From the NCBI GenBank assembly GCA_964270895.1, contig OZ185441.1: 64,000 nt of DNA; one strand, 5' to 3'. Positions within the stretch are counted from its first letter, which is position 1. Each line of letters starts with the position of its first letter. The notes beneath the pieces were generated by a model. The model did not search any database, had not been told where the DNA came from, and saw only the letters and a program-made list of their open reading frames with translations. Origin of the DNA: Podarcis filfolensis (lineage: Eukaryota). Both the position numbers and the translations under genes were made by a program. Shown here one piece after another: positions 12,925-23,778 of this stretch.

Positions 12925-13540
12925 AGTACTTGCAACTGCCTCATTGGGGCAAGATCCCCCCCCCATCATCGTGTTCGACTACCCAAGGAGGTTAAGGCAG
13001 ATCTGTGGGTTTGGATCCAGTTCCTGGATTATTTTAATGGTGTCTCTCTTTGGCGGGAAACTCTGAACCTGCATTCTGACCTTCAGGTCCACTCTGATGT
13101 GGCGGGATCTTTAGGCTTTGGCATTTATTTCAGAGGCCAATGGTGCACTCAGCCTTGGCCAAAGGAATGGTCAGGCGGGCCCATTATCCAAGATTTGACA
13201 TTTTTAGAATTTTTCCCCCATTGTAGCGACCATCCATATTTAGGTTGAGGAGTTTGCCAATCGCCGGGTTTGCTTTTGCTCAGATAACATAGCTGTGGTT
13301 AATATTTCGTGCAGGTTGCCCTCACATTCTCACAGGGTTTCTTGTATTCTCTGCTCCTTTGTTCTGTGGTGCTTGAAATTCAATATTGTATTTTTGGCTA
13401 AATTTATTTCGGGGGTGTCTAATAATATTTCTGATGCGCTGCCTCACTTTCAGATGGACCGCTTCAGATATCTCGCTAAACAGGCGCAGCTTCTCCCAGA
13501 GCCTTTTCCGGAGTACATGTGGAACCTTAGAAGCGTTTAA
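12925..13540 (+). pseudogene. Ngaro RT C-terminus and DIRS-type RNase H (frameshifted)
   Basis: HHRVRL..VKADLWVWIQFLDYFNG..HSDVAGSLGFG..WP..LEFFPIVA..*..FCSDNIAVV..NIVFLAKFISGVSNNISDAL. One extra base near 13217 and a TAG stop near 13241. Confidence 0.85.
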
Positions 13541-13549
13541 TTTTACAGG

Positions 13550-14437
13550 GAGTAATCTATTCCTTTGCCCCATCCACCCTTAGATCATATTAAAAAGCAT
13601 GGCATGATTTTTTAGTGTTCAGGGTCCGCACCTTGGCTATCACCTCGGACCAGCCCCCTTCTACTGATCAGGTCATGCAATATCTTGCTCATCTTTTCCA
13701 ATTAGGACGAGCAGCAAAAACTTTACAAATTCAGTCGGCTGCGATCTCATTTTTTAGTAAATCCTTTTTCTCATTTGATCCATGCACAGATTTTCTGTTA
13801 CGTAAGGCCATGGAGGGCTGGCGTAGACTTAAGCCACCCTGCTGAGTGGGTAGGAGACCTGTTACCTTTGATATCCTCTGTAAGATTCATAGGAAGTTAA
13901 AATCAGTCTGCTGGTCCCAGTATGAAGCGAGGTTGTTTTTGACAGCATATTCAATCTCATTTTTTTGGCAAACTCCCTGTAGGAGAGGTCGTATTCGAAA
14001 CAGTCCCAGGGGAGCCTCCTCGGGGTCTGCTCCTTGAGGACGTGGCTCTGGGCATCGAAGAATTGATGGTACTTATCCAACGTTCTAAAATGGACCAAAG
14101 GGGTTTGAGGGCCCACCTTAGATTGCCAGCAACATCACAGAGGGGTCCCTGCCCTGTAAAAGACTCAAGGAGATATATTCAGGTTAGACCCACCCCTGGC
14201 ACGGGTGCGTTTCACATTTACAAAGACAGTTCCCTGTTATCCAGACAGCAAATCACGAGGGTTATGAGGAAGGCCATCCAAGCATACGGATTGCCGGCAT
14301 TGGAGTATGTGGCTCATTCTTTTAGGATCGGTGTGGCTACGACTGCTGTCCATTGGGGGCTGTCGGTCAACACAATCAATAATTTAGGTCATTGTAGGTC
14401 AAACACATATAAGGGTTACATCAGACAGGGCTGTTAG
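13550..14437 (+). pseudogene. Tyrosine recombinase of the Ngaro element (disrupted)
   Basis: APSTLRSY at the N-terminus, RSKMD, CPV, HSFRIG (HxxR at 14315-14326) and terminal TYKGYIR. Stops near 13587 and at 13843-13845, plus a frameshift near 13965. The first catalytic Arg and the GRW motif appear mutated (KLPVGE, GHC). Confidence 0.9.
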
Positions 14438-14478
14438 GCCATCGTTCCCCTCACTTACCTGTTGTTGTTTCTTTTCAG

Positions 14479-15030
14479 TGCTGCCTGAACTGCACCTATG
14501 GATTGTTGGACATAGCATCGTCCACTGGGCCAGCGTGAGGGCGGTTGAATCGGGCTTATTCACATAAAAGTTTCATGGCTGGCCAGACGCGGGATGCGTT
14601 GGAATGAACTGCTACCTTTATTGTGGGCTCGTGCAGCCAGTAGGGGTCCGCCTTCAGCTTTGCTCCTGCAGCTGGGCGAAAATGATCTTCCTTTCATGAA
14701 GGGTTTGGAATTGCAGGAATGTATTTTAAATGATTTACAGGAGTTGGCCATTTTATTTCCACAGGCAACGATATTTTGGTCGCGTCTTCTGGCGCTGCGC
14801 ATATGGCGCAACTGTATAAGCCCAGCTGCCACTAATAATGCAAAAAAGATAATAGATCATAAGGTGGTACAAAGGGTGTTGTCTATGGGTGGCAGGTTGA
14901 TTCCCCATCCAGGTATTACCTTTGTGAAATTGGCCCTGTTTAGGGCAGATGGCATTCATCTTTCACCAGAGGGAAATGATGTGTGGTTGGCCGATGTTAT
15001 TTGAATACTGAAGATATGGCTGCAGGGTGA
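14479..15030 (+). pseudogene. SGNH hydrolase ORF of the Ngaro element
   Basis: All four SGNH blocks are visible: WIVGHSIVHWA (14508-14516 for GHS), RRGMRW, QLGEND (14669-14686) and DGIHLS (DGIHL at 14948-14962). One frameshift near 14557 and a stop at 15002-15004. Confidence 0.85.
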
Positions 15031-15091
15031 GGGTATTGGCGGCGAGTGCTAGGCTCTTGTGGCGGTTAGGCATTGACTTTTGGGGGATATA

Positions 15092-17173
15092 GACTTCCGG
15101 GTTGGTGCCACTGTTTAATGGCGGATTCCCTCCGAGCTCCGGAGGGAATCGGCTCCGTAGTGTCTGGGTCTGGCCGCTGCGGCGAAGCGGGGACCCTTAA
15201 AATCACAGGCGCGGATGCCTGTGAACACAGAGACTCGGCGGGCACCATTTGCGCCCCCCCAATCCGCGACGGAGCCTCTTTAAAGGCTTCGGAACGGAGG
15301 CAGGGTAAGGCGTGGTGCTGAGAGTACTCCCTCGCCTACGGAGTGAAGCCGCAAGCCATTGACAGAGAGCGCCAACTTCTTCTAAGAGTGATTGGATCCT
15401 AAAACATCAACCCGTGAGTAATACGGAGATTGGAACTTTAAAAAATTTCTTATCTTGGATTTGGAACGAGCGGGAAGGGGCTAAAAAGGAAGTCCACCCC
15501 CCCCCTCTTTGTAAACAACTTAAAGCAAAGGACTGGGCAGCTAAGGTCGAGAGAATCTGTTTTTTGCTTTTCTTAACAAAGATCCTGACTTCACGGTTTG
15601 GACATTATAAGAAGATATTCTGGAGGATAAAAAGAATTTTGGGAGCTGAAACTACACCCCCCCCCCTAGACCCGGGAACGTCCGATGAGAAAGCCTGTTG
15701 CATGGAAGATTTTGACAGCTGTCAAGTGAGCTGCTAGTCAGCTAGTTGTCAGCTGGAAAAAGAGAATATTGTTTCTGCTGGTTTTGCTGGTTTATTCGGG
15801 ATAACTTGTTGAAAATAAGGTTGATACAAAATAACTGGACTTTTGGTTTTTGAGCTGAAAGGAAGATTAAGGAATTAAATCCCCCTAGAGGGGTAACAAG
15901 GATACTACATTACAAAAATGGCTGGAGTGTCTAAATTCCAAGCAGAATTGGACAGAGCACTGGTTCTCTTGGGAAACTTACAAGATGAGTACGATGCTTT
16001 GTCTACAGAGGTATCGCTATTACACTGGACAGTAAACAACAGCTTGGAGTCTGATAAGGATTTGAAACAGGAAGCCTATTCAACTGAACAAATAAATGAA
16101 ACCGAAAGCGTAGACACGATGGAGCAATATGTTCTTTTTGAAGAAAACGAAGGAGGAGATGGAGGTTTGCAGGAGTCAAAGGAGAGCTACAATATGAGGC
16201 CTGACATGATGATAAAAAAGGACAATAAAAACTGGATGCGGAAAGCCTGGTTTAATTGGGAATTTGGAAAATGGAGAGATCCTCTTTTGAGGAGATCTGA
16301 AGACCTGAGGATTATAAATTTGTTGAAGGTGGAAGCTGGAGCTGTGGGGACATTTGGATTTGAAAGAAATTTGAAACAAGAGTTGGAATACCCCATAGGC
16401 TTTGCTTTTGCTTTTAAGTATGGAGGACTGGCTAGAAGTAACACTGATTCTGTTGGGCCGGAGCCCCTCCGAGACCTGGGGCTTAACATCAAGGTCTATC
16501 AAAGAGACCGGCAGAAAGGAACTGAGAGAGACATAAGGGCCTCGGACCTGAGATCTCCAGGCTAAATAAATAATATAAAGACTGATGGATACTGGTTGGG
16601 GACTGGAACCGGGAGAAGGGTGGGTGGAGGTTGGGAATCCAAAGGGTACATAAGGATAATTTGCATTGCTTTATTTGTTTTATATTTTGTTAGTGGTAAG
16701 GAAATTGGGTAAACCGTGGAAGGGAAATTTTGGTCGACCTTAGGGAAAAGGTTTAAGAATAAATTAATGAGGTATAAGTATTGATGAGTAATTTCAATAA
16801 GGTGAAACTGGTTTGTTTGTTTTTTTTAAATTAAGTGAAAATAAGGCTGTTAAAAATAAATGGAGGAAATGGAAAAAAGAAATAAAGTAAGATAACAGTA
16901 TGTTAGAATAAATGTTTAAGTTAAGGTGAAGAAATAAGTTAAGGACTTGCTGAATTGACAATTTAAATTGGAATACAAGAAGGGGAGGTGTGAGGAGGTC
17001 TGAGAAACAAGGTTGAGGAAAATAAGTATCAGAAACTGTATGTGTTTTTTCTATTTTTCTGTTTAGTTTTGAATATGCTTTTTTGTGTTGTTTTTATTTT
17101 GTTTATTTTTTTGTTTTTGTTTGTTGTGTGTTTTTTGAAAATACCAATAAATATTTAATAAAAAATAAAAAAA
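15092..17173 (+). mobile_element. Non-autonomous L1-derived retroelement lacking ORF2 (HAL1/half-L1-like)
   Basis: CpG-rich 5' leader starting GACTTCCGGG. The 3' UTR (AAGGGGAGGTGTGAGGAGGTC..., T-rich tract, AATAAA, A-tail) resembles the L1 3' end at 2211-2480. Perfect 17-bp TSD GACTTTTGGGGGATATA at 15075-15091 and 17174-17190. Confidence 0.8.
15918..16565 (+). CDS. 215-aa ORF of the L1-derived element; unknown function, possibly a divergent ORF1p
   Basis: Uninterrupted ATG-to-TAA frame in a good Kozak context (AAAATGG). Helical N-terminus, acidic middle, and a YPIGFAFAFKYGG segment that weakly recalls the L1 ORF1p C-terminal domain. Confidence 0.5.
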   Translation: MAGVSKFQAELDRALVLLGNLQDEYDALSTEVSLLHWTVNNSLESDKDLKQEAYSTEQINETESVDTMEQYVLFEENEGGDGGLQESKESYNMRPDMMIKKDNKNWMRKAWFNWEFGKWRDPLLRRSEDLRIINLLKVEAGAVGTFGFERNLKQELEYPIGFAFAFKYGGLARSNTDSVGPEPLRDLGLNIKVYQRDRQKGTERDIRASDLRSPG

Positions 17174-18212
17174 GACTTTTGGGGGATATAGGAGGGGAGG
17201 TGTGGCCATCACCTGCCCCTCCATGAAAAAGGGTATTCCGTTAAAGGAATCTGGGGGTCTTGGATCTCGTCCGAAGTCCACTTGAGGGGCTAGAGCCATG
17301 CCAGGACCACGGGAACATCGGAGTGAGCTTCCGTCAATCTGCATTGATGTAGCTCCCTTGTTGGGTTACCCTTCTAGACTCCCTGTGAGGCGGGCAGGAG
17401 TCAGTTATAGTTCATCAATGACTAAGCCAAGACCGCTCATTTTGTGTAATTCAATAAAGTTGTGGCCTAAATTTTGCCCATCAACCTTAAACTTAAATAT
17501 GTCTATGTGAATTCATTTATGGGGGGGGGGGTTCTGGGGCCCTCGAGACACAACTGAAGAATTTACAGTCATATTTCTTTTTAAAAATACATTGATAAAA
17601 TGCCTCTTATGTATATTAGAAGAAGTATATAGAGGCTAGATTCTGAGTCAAAGCAGAAACATGTCGTGGAGAATAATCCTTTGAGATGTATTCTACAAAG
17701 ATATTATTTATCCACACCCACACTAGGAGGCAAAATGGTGGTTTTTTAAAAAGTATTCTATGAAAATTAATGAATAGGCTGCTGTTGAATTAAGTAAAAG
17801 ACTGTGTGAGTTTTGCTTAATTTGATTATAAAATATTAATTCACTTTCATAAAAGATTCTTTTTAAAAAATCTACCTTTTATTCAGGAAATGGCTAACTA
17901 TCTAAGAAGAAAGCAGTTCTCGGAGGGGGCAAGAAACGGGTAGAATAAACAGTATGATAACTAGATTTGGAAGATTGACTTCTAATCCTACAGGGGAAAT
18001 GTAAGCATATCTATGCTTTTCTTAGCTTTTCCCATTTAGTTTAACTTCCTATTTTAAATGAATTAATATGCAAGTAATGACTGAGGGACTATAAATATGA
18101 ACAACCTTGAATAAGAAGATGCTGAGGGAGGTTAGACAGTGAAAAACATTAGAAAAGAGTAGTACTGGTTTAATTATACACTTGTCTCTCAAAAGTTATG
18201 TCCATATTTTCA

Positions 18213-18425
18213 AGCAGGGTGGGCCAGCCCTACCATGAGGCAAAGTGAGGTGACTGCCTCAGACAGCAGTTGCTGGGGGGAGGGGGAGGCAGAAGTGGCA
18301 GCCACCTGGCTGTTTGTCCCAAGCCCCCTGGCTGTACTCTGCTGTTGGAAGACAGACCTGTGTGTGCCATATGGCCTGTCCAAAACCCTTATAACTCAGG
18401 CAGCAAAATGTCTTGGGCTGACCCT
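18213..18425. mobile_element. Degenerate MITE
   Basis: Ends CAGGG..GGCCAGCCC and GGGCTGACCCTG. A similar head occurs at about 8349. No TSD found. Confidence 0.35.
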
Positions 18426-18997
18426 GCTCCCACAGGGAGTGTACCCAGGATTGCAATAACCTTCTAGAGAATAGAGCAACAGCAGGGACCAGGAAGCTCA
18501 CTGGGTGACTTCAGAGCCATGGGCTCATCTCTCAGCTTAATTTACCTCATAGGGCTGTGAGGATGAGCAAAAGGAAGAAATTTGCAAACTACTCCAAACT
18601 TCTTCGAAGAAAGGCAGGATAAGAATGGAATAAAAAATAAATCACAGCTCAAGGCTCTGGGAAGGTCTCTAGGGCCTGACAATGCACATTCCATTTCTAC
18701 CATTGCTAATGCAAGGAAGAGCTTTAACAAGAGCCCTGTTTGAAAACAATATGACTAGGCAGCCCTTCACTTTAATTAGCAGGTTATCACAAGGGGATTA
18801 TGAAGAGAGCAAAGAGACAGAGCTACTGTTTAAGGAACTAATACCAGAACATCTACAGTCTGTTTGTAAATGCCCCTTCTAAGAGAGTAAAACCCAAAGC
18901 CCTCTCTCCATTAAAAATGTCCTTGTCTGCCATAGACCCTTTCTTCCATCCAGCAAAGAGAGGAAGGTGCCTTTCACCCATATTCTCCAAAGCAATA

Positions 18998-19225
18998 CAG
19001 TGGTACCTCAGGTTACATACGCTTCAAATTACATATGCTTCAGGTTAAAGACTCCGCTAACCCAGAAATAGTGCTTCAGGTTAAGAACTTTGCTTCAGGA
19101 TGAGAACAGAAATCGGGCAGCAGCAGGAGTCCCCATTAGCTAAAGTGGTGCTTCAGGTTAAGAACAGTTTCAGGTTAAGTATGGACCTCCGGAACGAATT
19201 AAGTACTTAACCTGAGGTACCACTG
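18998..19225. mobile_element. Tc1/mariner (Tigger-like) MITE
   Basis: Terminal inverted repeats CAGTGGTACCTCAGGTTA and TAACCTGAGGTACCACTG, flanked by TA on both sides. Confidence 0.9.
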
Positions 19226-22200
19226 TAATCCTTTTACATCAGGGATCGCCACCATGCTGCCCTTGTGTGCTATGGTGTCCTTGAGGTTTCCCCCAGCACC
19301 TCTAAATCCTTGGAGCCCTCCCAGCCACTGCCCTTTGGTCATGATATGGTGTGGGTGGTTACCTTTTTCTCCCTTGAAAAGTACATAGCACTGAAGGAGG
19401 AAGAGATACCGTTTCCCCCCACTTCCTCTTTCAGTTTGTTATACTTTTCAATGCTCAAATTAATACTACTGATTCCAACTTTTACCCACATCCCTTGGAA
19501 AAGTGGAACGCACATGTTCATACTTTTGCTCCTTCTCTTGTGGGTGGAAGTCTACCTTGGTGAGGGAGAGAGAAGTGTCCATGGAAGTGGTACTTATGGC
19601 ACTCACTCAGAGATCCAAAGGTTGGCAGCCCCTGATGTACATAGTTTGCCTGAAGCCATGTAAAAGGAAGAGAGAAATAACTCCTCATTTCCTTCCATCA
19701 GCTAAGGGATGTGTCAGTGGTTGCCATCTTGCATACGTATAGGGCTTGGTCGGTATCCGATGTGATTGGATACTGGCATTCCTCAACCCAACCTCCTTGC
19801 CCTCTTCCTGAAACCTAACAAAAATGTATAGTTTTGAATAGGCTTTTGTCTCCGTTTACCTGCTGCTGGAGCTTTTCTCAGAAACGGGTTCCTCCCTTAT
19901 CAATAGAGGCAATGCTATTTAAGTTTGGCAGCTAGGTTAGCCTTAAGCTACAAAAACCACTCCACTTGCTTGCTCATGACTCTTTTGAATAAAATGTTTT
20001 AAAGAAGAAGCCAAAGGTTGACTGATTTAGCTCATAGCTCAAATCAAGCATGTCTTACTCCAGTACAGCCTGTGCACTGGGATATCTTGATGATACATAT
20101 TCTTTCAAATTATATGCATGCCCACATAGCCAACTAATTTTTGAATTCCATACACATGCACACAATGAGCTTTTACTACACTTCATTTCAGACCTTGTTC
20201 ACAGTATTCAAAAGCATAATAAGTAATTCAGAAAAAATTGCAGGAGCATTTCCTCATTATTCTCAAGAGAGAACGAAATCTTCAAGAGCAGCTAGAGCAG
20301 AGAAAAAGCAGAGCTTTGATACTCCTTTGCTAATGGCTGAGTGATGGAGTATGCTTCATCCACTGTGGAAAGAAATATCTTTAGTACTCAGCAAGCTGTT
20401 AAGAGGGATTTTTAAAAGAAATGTTTCCTGACTGGTGAGGAAAGGGTCTAGTTTACATCAGGTCACCTCATGTAAATGCCTTGACAATGATTTAATCTGG
20501 AGTGTTATTTCTCCATAGGATAGCCTGAATATAAGAAAGCTTAGGATTATATATGGAAAGAAGGAAATGGTTTTTCTCTAAATATGAATATAGGAGAAAA
20601 AACCTTTAAAAGTGATAGCTATGTGGTATGAAATCTCAGTAATGCTATGTAAAATGAATAAATTGCACAGCTCACATTAATGGAAATGTCAAAAGGCTTC
20701 TGGAACATGTCTATCACATGTGGTGGCTCTACTTTCTTGCAAAAATGAAAAATAAAATAAGGATATTCTTGGAGTGAATCTTGAGCTCCTGCTGTTAATT
20801 AAATTTTTATACCGTCCTTCACCCCTTCATGGATCACTGCCTTGCCATGGCAAAGGGGCTTGAAGAACTCAGAGAAGCTATGAACTATGCCGAGCAGGGC
20901 ACCCAAGATGAACAGGTCATAGTGGAGAGTTTTGACCAAACGTGATCCACCTGGAGGAGGAACCGGCAAGCCACTCCAGTATCCCTGCCAAGAAAATTCC
21001 ATGGACAAAGACAACAGGCATATAAAAGTTATGACGCTGGAAGATGAGCCCCTCAGGTCGGAAGGCGTCCAACATGCTACTGGGGAAGAGCGGAGGACAA
21101 GTACAAGTAGATCCAGAGCTGATGAAGCGGCTGGGCCAAAGCCGAAAGGACGCTCAGTTGCGGATATGCCTGGAAGTGAAAGGAAAGTCCAATGCTGTAA
21201 AGAAAAATATTGCATAGGAACCTGGAATGTAAGAACCATGAACCTGGGTAAGTTGGATGTGGTCAAAAGTGAGATGGCAAGAATAAATATTGACAACCTG
21301 AGCATCAGTGAACTAAAATGGACGGGAATGGGCGAATTCAGTTCGGATGACCATCATATCTACTACTGTGGGCAAGAAACCCGCAAAAGAAATGGAGTGG
21401 CCATCATAGTCAACAAAAGAGTGGCAAAAGCTGTACTGGGATGCAATCTCAAAAATGATAGAATGATCTCGATACGAATCCAAGGCAGACCTTTTAACAT
21501 AACAGTAATCCAAGTTTATGCACCAACTACTGGTGCTGAAGAAACTGAAATTGACCAATTCTATGAAGACTTACAACACCTTATTGAAGTGACACCAAAG
21601 AAGGATGTTCTTCTCATTATAGGGGATTGGAATGCTAAAGTAGGGAATCAAGAGATAAAAGGAACAACTGGCAAGTTTGGCCTTGGAGAGCAAAACGAAG
21701 CAGGGCAAAGGCTAATAGAGTTCTGTCAAGAGAACAAGCTGGTCATCACAAACACGCTTTTCCAACAATACAAGAGACGACTCTACACGTGGACATCACC
21801 AGATGGGCAGCATCGAAATCAGATTGATTATATTCTCTGCAGCCAAAGATGGAGAAGCTCTATACAGTCAGCAAAAACAAGACCTGGAGCTGACTGTGGC
21901 TCAGATCATCAGCTTCTTATAAGCAAAATTCAAGCTTAAACTGAAGAAAGTAGGAAAAACCACTGGGCCGGTAAGATACAATCTAAATCAAATCCCTTAT
22001 GAATACACAGTGGAAGTGAGGAACAGGTTTAAGGATTTAGATTTGCTGGACAGAGTGCCTGAAGAATAATGGATGGAGGATCGCAACATTATACAGGAGG
22101 CAGCAACGAAAACTATCCCAATGAAAAGGAAATGCAAGAAAGCAAAGTGCTGTCCAATGAGGCCTTACAAATAGCGGGGAAAAGAAGGCAAGCAAAATGC

Positions 22201-22772
22201 GAGCGAGATAGAGAAAGATACAGGAAATTAAATGCAGATTTCCAAAAAATAGCAAGGAGAGACAAGAAGGCCTTCTTAAACGAGCAATGCAAAGAAATAG
22301 AGGAAAACAACAGAATGGGAGGAACCAGAGATCTGTTCAAGAAAACTGGAGATATGAAAGGAACATTTCGTTCAAAGATTACTATAATAAAGGACAAAAG
22401 TGGTAAGGACCTAACAGAAGCAGAAGACATCAAGAAGAGGTGGCAAGAATACACAGAGGAATTATACCAGAAAGATATGGATGTCTCGTACACCCCAGGT
22501 AGTGTGGTTGCTGACCTTGAGCCAGACATCCTGGAGAGTGAAGTCAAATGGGCCTTAGAAAGCACTGCAAATAACAAGGCCAGTGGAAGTGATGGTATTC
22601 CAGCTGAACTATTTAAAATTTTAAAAGATGATGCTGTTAAGGTGCTACACTCAATATGCCAGCAAGTTTGGAAAACTCAGCAGTGGCCAGAGGACTGCAG
22701 AAGATCAGTCTATATCCCAATCCCAAATAAGGGCAGTGCTAAAGAATGCTCCAACTACCGCACAATTGCACT

Positions 22773-23778
22773 TGTCAGGGGCTCAGGAGCAGGAGCACAG
22801 GGGAGAGAGGAAATGGAGAGCGAAGGGGAAGAATCCGAGGGCAGCGTAGGGGAGTATGACAGTGGCCCGAGAGATTCCATGAGCTTCTCCAGCGAATCAG
22901 AAGATTCCCAGAAGGGGGCGCCGTGTTACGAAAAGGAGCAATGCTGGCTGAGTGCTCCAGATGGCTGGAAAGCCAAACAGGATGTTGATGTTTTGGGACT
23001 GTACCGTGGGAACAAAGGGAGAGTCTATTCTGTGCACTGAGCACCGGATGTTAGCTCAGAGTGTCACATGACCCTGTACTGGAAGTACATGGGAGGAGTT
23101 ATTCTCTCTCTGCTGTTGGTGTTGAGAGAGTGCAGACACGTTTTCTCTGTACTGCTGGAAGGACAGAAATAAAGGCATGTAAATACATTTCTGTCTCTCT
23201 CCCCTCCCTGGGAATGAAGGGGGGGAGGAATGGTGTGTTCTTCTCACGTTTGAGGAGGATCGCCGGGATCTCGCCTTGTCTTGCCGGGAGTCGCTGACGG
23301 GGGAGATCAACAAGGAATCCAAGCCGGGCACCTGGAGAGTGGCCAATTCCTCTGACTAAGGCTTGAATTCCGACACGCCGGTGGTCAGGGCAAGGGGGGT
23401 CCCAGGGGGGACGCACCAGAAACAAGGAGCCAGAGGGGAACCCCAAAGCAGCAGCGGGGGATCAGGACCAGTTTCCCCACCAGAGCGTAGTGGGGGGGGA
23501 AGAGTCACATGTGTCAGGGCCAGCGTCTCCTCCAGCGGGGAGAGAAAGTGAGTCAGGGCTGACCACGCCTCCAACGGAGGGGAGGTCAGTTGCAGCTAGC
23601 CCCCCCAGAGGGGGAAGCAGTGACAGCAGCAGTGAAACGGTCAGGAGGAAAGTTACTGGCCGGGCGCGCGCGCCAAGTTCAAATGTACAGGCGCGGGGGA
23701 CAGCAGGAGACCCGGATGGGGAACCAGCTCCTAAAGCCCGCCGGAGGGAGGGGGAAGGCTCAGGGGATTCAGCGTCAG
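22773..23778 (+). mobile_element. GC- and purine-rich LTR-like element inserted in BovB, 3' end lost
   Basis: BovB similarity stops abruptly at ..GCACT and the insert starts TGTCAGGGG. It runs directly into BovB 3' sequence near 23780. Confidence 0.6.
22924..23375 (+). mobile_element. Solo LTR (452 bp) nested in the LTR-like element
   Basis: TGT...ACA termini, AATAAA at 23168-23173, and a perfect 5-bp TSD CGCCG at 22919-22923 and 23376-23380. Confidence 0.85.

Larger units (their letters stand above)
12925..17550 (+). mobile_element. Ngaro/DIRS-type tyrosine-recombinase retrotransposon, 5'-truncated and decayed, interrupted by an L1-derived element
   Basis: Domain order RT connection/RNase H, tyrosine recombinase, SGNH hydrolase, then a terminal region with AATAAAGTTGTGGCC (17453-17467). 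This order is established for animal Ngaro elements. Confidence 0.88.

Noticed and set aside
16176-16502. Two minus-strand ORFs inside the L1-derived element
   Set aside because: Antisense shadows of the 215-aa ORF with no recognisable motifs.
22069-23040. 323-aa ORF that looks like a BovB RT fusion protein
   Set aside because: Chance read-through from BovB into two nested LTR-like insertions. The upstream BovB frame is already broken by a frameshift and a stop.
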